From positions 2,464,001 through 2,528,000 of the forward strand of contig CAXXKT010000001.1 of the NCBI GenBank assembly GCA_963662405.2: a stretch of 64,000 bases of DNA, in the 5' to 3' direction. A program made the position numbers and the translations under genes. Shown one piece after another: positions 18,074-28,163 of the stretch; the stretch's first letter is position 1, and the number at the start of each line of letters is the position of its first letter. The notes under the pieces are model-generated. The model worked only from the letters and a program-made list of their open reading frames with translations, was not told the DNA's origin and made no database searches. This stretch comes from Syntrophales bacterium (GTDB lineage: Bacteria > Desulfobacterota > Syntrophia > Syntrophales > UBA2210).

Positions 18074-20758
18074 ATGACAATGGATCGTATCGCAACTTCC
18101 ATCAGGAACCGCCTGAGCCTGCGGGCACCCCAGGCGGAAAGCCTCGAAATACTCGCCGAACTTGTTGATAAACTGACACTGCAGAAGGATGCCGATCTGA
18201 AGACGGAATTGAGCAAGGTTCAGGAGAACTATCCGACATGCACCGATTTTGAGAGAAGTTTTCCCTCTCTCTGTTTCGCTCTCGCAACCGGCGTTGGGAA
18301 GACGCGCCTCATGGGCGCTTTTATCACCTATCTCTATCTGGAAAAGGGAATGAAGGATTTCTTTGTCCTGGCGCCCAATCTCACCATATACAACAAGCTC
18401 ATTGAAGACTTTTCACTTCCTACCAGCCCCAAATACGTATTCCAGGGGATCGGCGAATTTGCTACCAAAAGACCGCACATCATCACAGGCGACAATTACC
18501 TGTACGCCTCTCAAACGACCCTGTACGATTCCGAAGTACACATCAACATCTTCAATATCTCAAAGATAAACGTCGAGACACGGTCAGGGAATATGCCTCG
18601 GATCAAACGGCTTTCGGAATATCTGGGCGAATCCTATTTCAACTATCTTTCCGGTCTCGACGATCTTGTTTTGCTGATGGACGAATCACATCACTATCGG
18701 GCCGACAGGGGCATGGAGGTCATTAACGAATTAAACCCCATTCTCGGATTGGAACTGACGGCGACTCCGCAAGTGGAGCGTGGGCAAAAGACGATAAAAT
18801 TCAAGAATGTCGTCTATGAATATTCACTGGCAATGGCAATCCGAGACGGGTTTGTCAAAGAACCGGCAGTGGCGACGCGAAAGAACTTTGATCCCGCGCA
18901 GTACACCGCTCAGGAACTTGACAGAATCAAGCTTGAGGACGGGATGCGTATTCATGAAGATACCAAGGTGGCGCTCGACATATATGCAAAGGACAACGGA
19001 GCTGAAAAGGTAAAACCCTTTGTCCTTGTCGTTGCCAAGGATACGGAACATGCAAGTGCCCTGAAGATCTTGATCGGGTCTCCGGGATTTTTTGAAGGCC
19101 ATTATGCCGACAAAGTCATGGAGATCCATTCCGCCCAGAAAGGATCTGAGAAGGATGAAAACATCGCCCGGCTCGTTTCTCTGGAAAATCCCGACAACAC
19201 GGTGGAGATCGTGATCCATGTGAATATGCTGAAGGAGGGGTGGGATGTAACAAATTTCTACACCATCATTCCCCTTCGAACCGCCGCCTCAACTACTCTC
19301 CGAGAGCAGACCATCGGGAGGGGGTTGCGTCTCCCTTACGGCAAGAGAACCGGAAACGATAAGGCCGATAAATTAACAATTGTAGCGCACGATAAATTTC
19401 AGGAAATCGTCGATGAGGCGAACAAGCCCGGATCGATCATAAAGAAAGAACATATCATTGAGATAGATCCTGAGGATTTTTCACAGCAGAAGGAAGTAAT
19501 TACATCGGTCTCAAGCATTGAAGAAAGATTGAAAGAGGCCCGAGCGATCATTGATAACATCGCAGAGCCTGAGGAAAAGAGGAAGGCGTGGGTAAGTCTT
19601 GAACTGAAAAAGACGATTCTCGATGTCCTCCCCGAACTCAACAGAGCAGCCAAGAGCGTAAATGAACTTTCGAGATCGGATATCAAGGAAATCGCCATCG
19701 AAAAAATAAAGCACAGGATATACGGCGATCCTCAGCAATCCCTGTTTGCCGAAGAAGCGATAACAGGGGTAATGGAATTATATCAGTCTGTCGTCGATGA
19801 TTTTTCGGACAATATTATCGAGATTCCACGAATCACAATTCAGCAGAGTGGTGATGTCCTGTCGGGATTCAAGGATTTTGACCTTGACACCGGCAATCTC
19901 AATTACCAGCCTGTGTCCGAAGAGATACTGGTAAAAAAACTTCGTGAGCAAGAAAACAGCACGGATATTGTTATAGGGAAAGGCCGAATTATTGCCGACA
20001 GTCTTGATAATATAATAGTAACCGAACTCAAATCTTTCCCGGAAATAGACTACGATCGTCAGTCGGATCTTCTCTTCAAGCTTGCAGGTCAGGCTGTTGA
20101 AAAATTCAGGTCATATCTTGATGGTGATGCCGTTACCAATGTAGTGCAATACAACAAGAGGGAGATCGCAAACAGGATCTATGCTCAGATGATGGATCAT
20201 TTCTATTATGAAACACCGGGATTTATGAAAACGACCGTTCGCCCTTTCACAAAGATCGAAGAACATCACTTTTCAAAATTGTCTAAAGACAGCATCTTCC
20301 ATTACGCAGAGACAATTACGCCAGCCAGTGCCATACCGTCAAAGGTCTTCAGCGGATTCAAAAAGGCCTGGCATACCCTGTATAAGTTTGATTCAAAAAC
20401 GGAAAAAGATTTCGCCACGTTGCTTGAAAATGACTCAGCGGTGCTGAAATGGCTTCGGCCTGCGGATAGGCAATTCCATATTTATTGGAATCATAATTCG
20501 CAGAGATATCACCCCGACTTTGTGGTTGAGGCGGACGATACAATTTATATGGTCGAGACAAAAAAGGAAAGCGATATCGATTCGTCGGATGTACAGGAAA
20601 AAGCACGGGCCGCGCTTCAGTATTGTAGCTACGCAACAGAATTCACGACAAGTAATGGCGGTAAATCGTGGAAGTATATTCTAATTTCCCACAATGCCGT
20701 CATGAGAAACATGAGTGTCGAATATCTCATGAAAAATTATGAATATAAAGATAGCTAG
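18074..20758 (+). CDS. res: Type III restriction enzyme Res subunit (SF2 helicase + PD-(D/E)XK nuclease)
   Basis: LATGVGKT, DESHH, LTATP, LKEGWDV, QTIGRGLRL, PDFVVE..VETK. Confidence 0.92.
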   Translation: MTMDRIATSIRNRLSLRAPQAESLEILAELVDKLTLQKDADLKTELSKVQENYPTCTDFERSFPSLCFALATGVGKTRLMGAFITYLYLEKGMKDFFVLAPNLTIYNKLIEDFSLPTSPKYVFQGIGEFATKRPHIITGDNYLYASQTTLYDSEVHINIFNISKINVETRSGNMPRIKRLSEYLGESYFNYLSGLDDLVLLMDESHHYRADRGMEVINELNPILGLELTATPQVERGQKTIKFKNVVYEYSLAMAIRDGFVKEPAVATRKNFDPAQYTAQELDRIKLEDGMRIHEDTKVALDIYAKDNGAEKVKPFVLVVAKDTEHASALKILIGSPGFFEGHYADKVMEIHSAQKGSEKDENIARLVSLENPDNTVEIVIHVNMLKEGWDVTNFYTIIPLRTAASTTLREQTIGRGLRLPYGKRTGNDKADKLTIVAHDKFQEIVDEANKPGSIIKKEHIIEIDPEDFSQQKEVITSVSSIEERLKEARAIIDNIAEPEEKRKAWVSLELKKTILDVLPELNRAAKSVNELSRSDIKEIAIEKIKHRIYGDPQQSLFAEEAITGVMELYQSVVDDFSDNIIEIPRITIQQSGDVLSGFKDFDLDTGNLNYQPVSEEILVKKLREQENSTDIVIGKGRIIADSLDNIIVTELKSFPEIDYDRQSDLLFKLAGQAVEKFRSYLDGDAVTNVVQYNKREIANRIYAQMMDHFYYETPGFMKTTVRPFTKIEEHHFSKLSKDSIFHYAETITPASAIPSKVFSGFKKAWHTLYKFDSKTEKDFATLLENDSAVLKWLRPADRQFHIYWNHNSQRYHPDFVVEADDTIYMVETKKESDIDSSDVQEKARAALQYCSYATEFTTSNGGKSWKYILISHNAVMRNMSVEYLMKNYEYKDS

Positions 20759-20857
20759 AGCGTTTAGGTTTATTATGGGCATGTGATCATTAGGAAACAT
20801 AATGTAAAATTGTCAGCAGGAAGGGTTTTGCTAGTACATGAAAGGACATGTAGCCGG

Positions 20858-21122
20858 ATGAACAAGCAATTGAACACAGGAGAAATACTCATATACCAGA
20901 CGGAAGATGGGCAGGCCTTTAGAGGTTAACCTGACGGAGGATACGGTTTGGCTGAACCTGAACCAGATGGCGGTGCTTTTCGACAGGGATAAGTCAGTGA
21001 TATCAAGGCACATACACAGTATTTTTAAAGAAGGTGAACTCGAAAAAAAGGCAGTTGTTGCAAATTTTGCAACAACTGCTTCGGATGGAAAAACCTATCA
21101 AGTTGGATACTTTAATCGATTG
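20858..21122 (+). pseudogene. RhuM-family remnant, frameshifted and 3'-truncated
   Basis: MNKQLNTGEILIYQTEDG, frameshift, then EDTVWLNLNQMAVLFDRDKSVISRHI..IFKEGEL..VVANFATTASDGKTYQV.YFN; similarity ends near 21120. Confidence 0.8.
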
Positions 21123-21170
21123 ATGATGTGGTCGGATTGTGCTAGCGTGCACCCGCACACAACGTGAAGG

Positions 21171-22085
21171 ATGCGCGATCACATGCCCCTGCCATGGCCT
21201 CTCGATCTCGCGGGTTTTTATCTGCGGCGAAAACTGGGACGACTTACTCTTCCCCTGCTGGCAAGTTTCAAGGTAACGCACCGCTGCAATCTGGCGTGCC
21301 GGGCCTGTCCCTTTCACCGGCAGGACCAGCCGGGACAGATGACGTGGGGGACTGCCCTTGAGGCGATGGATGATCTCAAGAGTCTGGGAACCCGCATCGT
21401 GGTTTTTGAAGGCGGGGAACCGCTCCTCTGGCGCGACGGTTCTTACCGTATTCATGACCTGGTCCGCGAGGCCCGGAGGCGGTTTCTCCGCGTGGCGGTG
21501 ACAACCAACGGGACCTTGCCGCTAGATGTTCCCGCCCACATCCTCTGGGTCAGCGTCGACGGTCTCAAGGAAAGCCACGATGATCTGCGGAGTGGTTCCT
21601 TCGACCGGATCAGGGAGAACCTGGAACGGGCGGACCACGAACGGATATTCGTCCACTGCACGGTGAACCGGAGGAATCTGGAAGACATCGAGGGACTGGC
21701 ACGGTGGGCCCGCGGGGTCTCCGTGGTGAAGGGGATGACCTTTCAGTTTTTCTACCCCTACAACCAGGGAGAAGAGGATCTTTCCCTCTCACCCGGTCAG
21801 CGGCGGCGGGCGGTGGAGACCCTGCTCGATCTCAAGAAACGGGGGTTCCCCGTCCTGAATTCGGCCGGGAGACTGGCGGCAATGGTAAACGGCGGGTGGA
21901 CCTGTCATGACGATATCCTGGTCAATGTCGATCCCGACGGGTCCGTCACCCGAGGTTGCTACGTGAAAAGCCGCGGCGAGATCAACTGCGCCGCCTGCGG
22001 CTTTACGCCCGTCGCCGAGGCATCCGGCGCGCTCGATCTCGTTCCGGGGTCGATCTACGCGGGGTGGCGGCTGTTCCTGCGGTAG
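21171..22085 (+). CDS. Radical SAM protein with Cys-rich C-terminal extension
   Basis: CNLACRAC, GGEPLL, TTNG, SVDG, C-terminal C..GCY..C..CG. Confidence 0.9.
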   Translation: MRDHMPLPWPLDLAGFYLRRKLGRLTLPLLASFKVTHRCNLACRACPFHRQDQPGQMTWGTALEAMDDLKSLGTRIVVFEGGEPLLWRDGSYRIHDLVREARRRFLRVAVTTNGTLPLDVPAHILWVSVDGLKESHDDLRSGSFDRIRENLERADHERIFVHCTVNRRNLEDIEGLARWARGVSVVKGMTFQFFYPYNQGEEDLSLSPGQRRRAVETLLDLKKRGFPVLNSAGRLAAMVNGGWTCHDDILVNVDPDGSVTRGCYVKSRGEINCAACGFTPVAEASGALDLVPGSIYAGWRLFLR

Positions 22086-22218
22086 GCGTTTTCATTCGGT
22101 GGGCGATGCGTGGGAGTTTTTTCTTCCTTTCTTTTTCAAATGAGGATACTCACGATATCATGATTGGTGTGATTATTGATAATCGGGCGGTATCGACAGC
22201 ACTGATCGAGGGGATGGT

Positions 22219-23142
22219 ATGGACGTTATCCCGACCCTGGCAGGCTATGTCCTGTTCGGCCTGGCCGTGGCGCACGCGGTGGTGGACGGGCGCGATAATC
22301 GGGCGCAGCGGCTGTGCATGATCGTGACGCTACTGGTGTTCGGCACCCTCCTGGAATATATGGGGGTATCCAGCGGCAGTTATCAGTATCCCAGAGAAAA
22401 ACTGGTCAATCTGGGCCCGGTGCCGCTGTCGGTCAGTCTCGCCTGGGTGGGCCTTATCTACAGCCTGATGATTATCGGGGAACGACTGCGGTTGCCGTGG
22501 TGGTCCCGGATTCTCGCGACGACGCTGATCGCGCTGAGTCTGGACTGGGGGATGGACCCGGTCGCCGTTCATATCGGCGCGTGGACCTGGTCGCGGCCCG
22601 GCGCGTACTTCGGCGTGCCCCTGTTCAACTTTGTGGGGTGGTTTTTTATCCCCATCGCGTATCTCCTGGCCTATGGTTTGAGCTGGGATCGAGAGCGGCG
22701 GCGCCCGACGTTACTGACCATCGCGGAAATTGACCATGACCCGGGATTCGGCAAATGGGGACGACTGGTCTATACCATCCTGCTGGTCGTGCCCGTCAGC
22801 CTGATCCTGCTGACACTGACCGCCGGTAAAATCGGGGGATTGGGGGTTATGACCGACACACCCTTTGCCGTCTTTGTGATCTGCGCGGTATGCACCGTTC
22901 TGGCTGCCGCGGGGGTGGTGATCCGGAGGCGGGAAACCCTCGGCCATGCGCGGAAGATCGACCTTGTCCCCCCGGTCATTCTGTTGGTTATCAGCATCAA
23001 CTACACCGTTTTCGGCCTCATCACCGGCCGCCCGTCGCTGGGTCTTCTCATGTTATTCTCGGCCATCCCGCTGTGGCTGGTCTTTTTTTTCAGCGTGAGG
23101 AGAAGGAAACGGGCAACTGATTCAAGAATGATCCGTGGGTGA
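22219..23142 (+). CDS. DUF422/CruF-like (carotenoid biosynthesis family) membrane protein
   Basis: E.MGV..G.Y.Y, GPVPL...AW, D..MDPVAV..G.W.W, YFGVPL.NF.GWF. Confidence 0.75.
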   Translation: MDVIPTLAGYVLFGLAVAHAVVDGRDNRAQRLCMIVTLLVFGTLLEYMGVSSGSYQYPREKLVNLGPVPLSVSLAWVGLIYSLMIIGERLRLPWWSRILATTLIALSLDWGMDPVAVHIGAWTWSRPGAYFGVPLFNFVGWFFIPIAYLLAYGLSWDRERRRPTLLTIAEIDHDPGFGKWGRLVYTILLVVPVSLILLTLTAGKIGGLGVMTDTPFAVFVICAVCTVLAAAGVVIRRRETLGHARKIDLVPPVILLVISINYTVFGLITGRPSLGLLMLFSAIPLWLVFFFSVRRRKRATDSRMIRG

Positions 23143-23306
23143 AACCTTTCACATTTTCTCATGGACATTATCCGGGGCGGCGGATAGGATGCGCTGTGCC
23201 GGGAGGTGGTGATATTCGCCGCTCAATGAGGTTGCCAAAAACGGTGTTATGGTGGATAATGCGTCTCCCTTAAGACCCGACCCCCTGCAGTCAGGAAAGG
23301 ATAGAC

Positions 23307-23591
23307 ATGTTTGGATTTCAGGAGATACTCTTTATCGTGGCTGTTGTCCTGGCAGTTATATTGATTCCTAAAGTACTCTCTCGAAAGCCCGCGCGCAGGC
23401 AGGTGAGTACCGCCGTGCCTCTGTCCGGTCTGATGCGTTTTGCCATCGTGGCCTCTGTTCTCTATCCGGCCCTTGCCGCCGCTTATTTCGAGCCGTGGCG
23501 GAACGATCCGGTTCTGTTTTTCTACGTCGGCGTCGGTCCTGTCGTTCTCATATGGCTCTTGTTTTGGGCGACGAAGGGATTCAGAAAGTGA
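23307..23591 (+). CDS. Small hypothetical membrane protein
   Basis: Three hydrophobic segments; MFGFQEILFI start; RBS present. Confidence 0.7.
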   Translation: MFGFQEILFIVAVVLAVILIPKVLSRKPARRQVSTAVPLSGLMRFAIVASVLYPALAAAYFEPWRNDPVLFFYVGVGPVVLIWLLFWATKGFRK

Positions 23592-23755
23592 AAACACCAA
23601 AAGAATGTCAGGCCTCACCACTTGACATATGGGAATTGGGAAGGCAATCCGGGATGGAACGGCTGAGAACCCCGGAAGCAGTAGAGTAGTTTTCCCCGCC
23701 GGGGCGGCCGACAGGATGGTGACCTCAGATCATTTTTTCCGGAGCGACCAGTTTC

Positions 23756-24307
23756 ATGTACGCATCGATATACGTCGTTTTTTTGGTCGTGGCCATTGCC
23801 ACGGTTGCCGTCCTGCTCGTCAGTCTCTCTATCATCGTGGTCTCTCCCGTCACCCGGGGGGCGATGTTCCATCCCTCGGCGCGGATCAGGGTGAAGACCG
23901 CCCTCGATAACCTTCCTATGCGGGAGGATCAGTATCTCGTTGACGTGGGGTGCGGCGACGGGCGGGTGATCCGGGAGGCGGCGAAGCGCTCCGGCGTGCG
24001 CTGCCGGGGGTATGAGATCAATCCGCTCCTGTTCGCGATTGCCTGGCTCCTCAGTCTGGGGAGGCGGGGGGTCAGCGTCCGGTGCCGGAACTTCTGGAAC
24101 GAGGACCTGGGGGAGGCGGATGTGGTCTTCTGCTATCTCTTTCCCGATGTCATGCCGCGGCTGGCGAAAAAACTCGAAAAGGAACTGCGGCCGGGTGCCC
24201 GCGTTGTCTCCTGCAACTTCCCCCTGCCGGGGTGGCGGCCGGTGAAGACCGTCCGTCCCTCCGCGACGATGCACGACGATCCGATCTACTTCTATGAGCA
24301 TTCATAG
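23756..24307 (+). CDS. Class I SAM-dependent methyltransferase with N-terminal membrane anchor
   Basis: VDVGCGDGR, GYEINP, ADVVFCYLFP, ELRPGARVVS. Confidence 0.88.
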   Translation: MYASIYVVFLVVAIATVAVLLVSLSIIVVSPVTRGAMFHPSARIRVKTALDNLPMREDQYLVDVGCGDGRVIREAAKRSGVRCRGYEINPLLFAIAWLLSLGRRGVSVRCRNFWNEDLGEADVVFCYLFPDVMPRLAKKLEKELRPGARVVSCNFPLPGWRPVKTVRPSATMHDDPIYFYEHS

Positions 24308-24606
24308 CGCTTTCGATTTGTTCCATCCGTGGAAGGAACAGGTGAAAAAGAGTAAACCCCTCTGTCACTCCTCGTCTCATCGCTGTGGTTCCGGGTAACC
24401 GTGCCCGTGCGGTAAGAAGCCATTCTCTGGTTTTTTCTTGACAATACCGGCAAAAAGGGTATGAATTCAACAAAGCACGACCATCTATGCTGAATCTTTA
24501 CGGGAAAACGAACTTCCACCACCATCGTGCCATTTCATAAGATTGAGGGGAAAAGAGAGGGTATATATGTGATGTGAAATACAGGACACTATAAGGGGGG
24601 GGTATC

Positions 24607-25047
24607 ATGCAGGAATATCTTTTATTTTCAATCTTTATCATTTTTTTCTTTCCGTTGATTCTCATGATCGTCAACGCGATTCTCGATTACCACCAGATTA
24701 AGGCCGGAGGTAAAAAACCCGATGAGAAAGGGGTGTCCGGATTTCGCCGATCCACCATTGCCCTGACCTTTATCCTGATCATCGGCATCGCCCTCTTTCA
24801 CCTGATCGCGGGAGGAGTCGTAAAGGAGATGTCGGGTGACGTGGTCGGGAATATTCTCAGCATGCTGGCCGGCGTTGTCGCGTCGATCGCTGGGTTCTAT
24901 TTCGGCGGGAAAGTTGCGCTCGATTCTTCAAGTGAAGATTCGACGGGAAAGTCCCGACAAACGACTGACGAAGATCACGAAAGCAAAGAATCTCAGAAGG
25001 AATCACTGGAGAAAACACATCCTCAGGGGGACAGTGTCACCGTGTGA
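24607..25047 (+). CDS. Hypothetical membrane protein
   Basis: Three TM segments, R.TIAL and GFYFG motifs, charged tail. Confidence 0.7.
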   Translation: MQEYLLFSIFIIFFFPLILMIVNAILDYHQIKAGGKKPDEKGVSGFRRSTIALTFILIIGIALFHLIAGGVVKEMSGDVVGNILSMLAGVVASIAGFYFGGKVALDSSSEDSTGKSRQTTDEDHESKESQKESLEKTHPQGDSVTV

Positions 25048-25136
25048 TATCTTACAACGGGGAAGACGGACCCTTGGATCGATAAGGCTCGGAGCGGACT
25101 TACTGAGATCTGTGTGATGTGCCGCTCCCTCCGTAT

Positions 25137-25170
25137 GAGGCAGCCGCCTGATGAATCAGGCGGCTGCCTC
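25137..25170. terminator. Hairpin terminator between convergent genes
   Basis: GAGGCAGCCGCCTGA/TCAGGCGGCTGCCTC perfect stem. Confidence 0.75.
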
Positions 25171-25174
25171 TTTC

Positions 25175-26266
25175 TCATACCTTTTTTATCAGCGTGTAAT
25201 ACACTTCCGCCGCCTTGCAGACCTGGTCGAAGGGGATGGATTCATCCACGGTATGGGCCTGGTCGAGGCTCCCCGGTCCGAGCATGATGGGCTTCAGGCC
25301 GCTCTCCCAGAGGCTGTTGGCGTCGGAGTGGCTCCTGAACGACGAGGGCGCCCAGGGGATGTCTTCGTCCGTAAAGGCCTGCTTCAGCGATGTCACCAGT
25401 CCTCCCTTTTCGGGGATCTCGTACCCCGTCTGGATGGTGTGAAACCGCATGGCGAGGTCGAGGTGGCTCTGCTTCTGCTGGAACTGGTCGATAAATTCCT
25501 CCAGGTCCCAGGTGATTTCTCCCGTGGGCGCGTCGGGCGGGTGGTGCAGATCGATCCAGACGTCGCATTTCTCGGGGACGGCAAACCCGGAGCGGGAGCT
25601 GGAAAGATCGCGTATATTATAAATGATCTGGGGGTACCGTTTCTCGAAATAGGTGGAAAGGTCCAGGAGAAACCGGAGGAGGGCGTCGACGGGGTTGAGT
25701 TCCTTGTCCGCCAGCGAGGCGTGACGCCTCTTCCCCCGCGATGATACCTGAAATTCCAGGTATCCGTAGTGGCTGAGGCAGGGCTTCAGTTCCGTGGGTT
25801 CGCCGATGATGGCCCAGGGGAAGTAGTAATCCTTGACGAATGCCTCCGCGCCGTCACCGGTTTCCTCTTCACCCACCACCAGCGCCAGGGCGGCCGGGGT
25901 CGCCTTTCCCTGTTCGTGCCAGACGGCAAGATAGGCCTCGATCATGGCAGCGCATCCCCCCTTCATATCGGCGCTCCCGAGGCCGGTGACGGTGTTCCCC
26001 TTTCTGACAAAGCCGTAATGGTCGAGATCGGAGGCGGTCACGGTGTCGAGATGCCCCACCAGAACGAGCTGGGGATCCGTGTCGGGGGGGACGACGATGA
26101 CGTTGTAGCGGCTCTCGTCGACCTCCTGCCGGATCACGGGGAGGTGCTCCTTCGTCAGATAGCGATAGACAAAATCGAGAACCTCCTCCTCCTTGCCTGA
26201 GGGGCTGTAGATGTCGATGATTTCCTGGAGCAGGTGGCGGATCTTCTGTTTTCTAATTACGGCCAT
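25175..26266 (-). CDS. M20 family metallopeptidase/deacylase (ArgE-like)
   Basis: SPSGKE, GHLDTV, GLGSADMKGG, GEEE, GEPT, GPG...AH..DE. Confidence 0.9.
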   Translation of the reverse strand: MAVIRKQKIRHLLQEIIDIYSPSGKEEEVLDFVYRYLTKEHLPVIRQEVDESRYNVIVVPPDTDPQLVLVGHLDTVTASDLDHYGFVRKGNTVTGLGSADMKGGCAAMIEAYLAVWHEQGKATPAALALVVGEEETGDGAEAFVKDYYFPWAIIGEPTELKPCLSHYGYLEFQVSSRGKRRHASLADKELNPVDALLRFLLDLSTYFEKRYPQIIYNIRDLSSSRSGFAVPEKCDVWIDLHHPPDAPTGEITWDLEEFIDQFQQKQSHLDLAMRFHTIQTGYEIPEKGGLVTSLKQAFTDEDIPWAPSSFRSHSDANSLWESGLKPIMLGPGSLDQAHTVDESIPFDQVCKAAEVYYTLIKKV

Positions 26267-26813
26267 TCTTCCTCGTTTTGTTGTTCCCGTTTTTTCGCCT
26301 TGTTTCCCTGAGTTTGTCGTCCACGTTCAGCGAGAGGTACAGGTGCTCCTCCGGTTTCCCGAATCCCATGCGGGAGAAGAATTTGAGGGACTTGGTGTTG
26401 TCCGCCTCGGTGTCGACAAAGACGATCCTGACCCCTTCTTCCAGCATGGCGTCGCGCATCTCCTTGAACAGCCTCGTGGCGATGCCGTACCGTTGCAGTT
26501 CCGGCTCCACGCCGAGCCAGACGAGATACCCGTACTTCCAGGCGGAATTGCGTTTCGTGACGACGTAGCCGAGCGCAAAACCCACGATCTTTCCATCCAT
26601 ATCAGCCACGTAGGCGTCGCTCGTATCACTCCCGAAAAAGTCGATCACCTCGTACTCGTCCCAGGTCCGGTACAGATTGGGCATCGTGCGGGCCTTGAAG
26701 AGCTTCTCTCCCAGGTTGAAGACCGCGGCGAGGTCCTCGATTTCCATCTCGCGTATGTCGATCTCGGGTCTCTTCCGTCTACTGCCGGGGTCCTCGTTGT
26801 CTTGTGATTCCAT
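26253..26813 (-). CDS. GNAT family N-acetyltransferase
   Basis: LGVEPELQRYGIA, N..SL.FF..MGF; overlaps the M20 gene start. Confidence 0.9.
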   Translation of the reverse strand: MESQDNEDPGSRRKRPEIDIREMEIEDLAAVFNLGEKLFKARTMPNLYRTWDEYEVIDFFGSDTSDAYVADMDGKIVGFALGYVVTKRNSAWKYGYLVWLGVEPELQRYGIATRLFKEMRDAMLEEGVRIVFVDTEADNTKSLKFFSRMGFGKPEEHLYLSLNVDDKLRETRRKNGNNKTRKNGRN

Positions 26814-26919
26814 AAATGATCTGTGCTCTCCGTAAAAAATAAGGTCATCTGTACTATATTCATTACCACCCGGAATGTAAAGTGATTACCTGTTGCAAAC
26901 AGAGGACGTCGTATAGCCC

Positions 26920-26962
26920 GAGGTGAAGCCCCCCGCGGCTTGCCGCGGGGGGGCTTCACCTC
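26920..26962. repeat. Long GC-rich palindrome (REP/MITE-like)
   Basis: GAGGTGAAGCCCCCCGCGGC-TT-GCCGCGGGGGGGCTTCACCTC between divergent genes. Confidence 0.7.
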
Positions 26963-27095
26963 TTGACATTCCGGAATCGAAGCAGTATTCGTTGAACGAT
27001 TTGTTTGGTTCATCTCAATTATTTGTCCAATTTTTGTCATTGTAACATGTTTGGCCGTGTTTCAAACAAGCGGATCAGAAAGGAGAGATCAACAT

Positions 27096-27959
27096 ATGTC
27101 ATCACCGAACGTGATTATTACCGCAGCCCTGGCGGGGGCCGGTACCTATAAAAATCAGAATCCTCATGTGCCGTATACGTTGGAAGAATTTGCTGAAGAG
27201 GCCCATAAGTGCTGGAAGGCGGGGGCCGCTATGGTCCATGTGCATCCGCGGCAGGATGACGGTATTCCGACTCATGATATCGAAAGGGTCCGGGCGACAT
27301 ACGATGCCATCCGAGACCGCACGCCCGAGTTGATCGTCAATCTGAGTTCCGGTCTGGCGTTTGATACGACGAAGGAGAAACGATTGGAGCAGATCATTGC
27401 CGTCAAGCCGGAGATGGCGTCCCTCAACACGAATACCATGAATTTCAGCTTTTTTAATCGAAAAACCGGTGAACTTCTCAGCGACGGCGTTTTTGAGAAT
27501 ACCTTCACCATGCTTCAGGAGTTCGGCAGGACAATGGAGGAGAACGGGATCAAACCCGAGATCGAGGTGTACGATATGAGCGGTATCGATAACGCACTCC
27601 TGGTTGCCAAGCAGGGATTCTTCTCCGACCCCATGGTCTTCAATTTCGTGTGGGGGGTTGCCGGCGGTGCGGCATTCAGGGCCGATTCGTTTGTCGCCAT
27701 GATGCATGCCTTACCCCGGGGGGCCGTTTATACCACTTGTGGTGTGGGTCGCGAACAGTTTCCCTGTATCGCACAGTCCTGTCTCCTTGGGGGTCACATG
27801 CGGGTGGGTCTGGAAGACAATATCCGCATGCCGAACGGTGAACTGGCCAAGGGAAACTATGAACTCGTGGAGGTCGCGGTCAAAATGGCCGAATGTCTCG
27901 GGAGAGAGCCGGCAACGCCGGATAAAGCGCGTGAGATCATGGGGCTTGTGAAGAGATAG
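27096..27959 (+). CDS. 3-keto-5-aminohexanoate cleavage enzyme (BKACE/DUF849) family
   Basis: IITAALAG, GAAMVHVH.R, PEMASLN, KPEIEVYD, HMRVGLEDN. Confidence 0.92.
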   Translation: MSSPNVIITAALAGAGTYKNQNPHVPYTLEEFAEEAHKCWKAGAAMVHVHPRQDDGIPTHDIERVRATYDAIRDRTPELIVNLSSGLAFDTTKEKRLEQIIAVKPEMASLNTNTMNFSFFNRKTGELLSDGVFENTFTMLQEFGRTMEENGIKPEIEVYDMSGIDNALLVAKQGFFSDPMVFNFVWGVAGGAAFRADSFVAMMHALPRGAVYTTCGVGREQFPCIAQSCLLGGHMRVGLEDNIRMPNGELAKGNYELVEVAVKMAECLGREPATPDKAREIMGLVKR

Positions 27960-28163
27960 AGATACGGTATCATACGGATATAGCGTCCATCTCGATTTTC
28001 ACACCAGAGATGTGAAAGGGGAACCGGACCGAATCGGGTATGACCGGCCGTCGATCACGGGTCCCTCGCCTGGCGAGGATAAGAGAACAGCCGGCCGTGT
28101 GCAATGGGTTGCCACACGGCCGAGCAGTGGGACGAATCAAACGGTTTCGTTCCCCTTTGGCTA

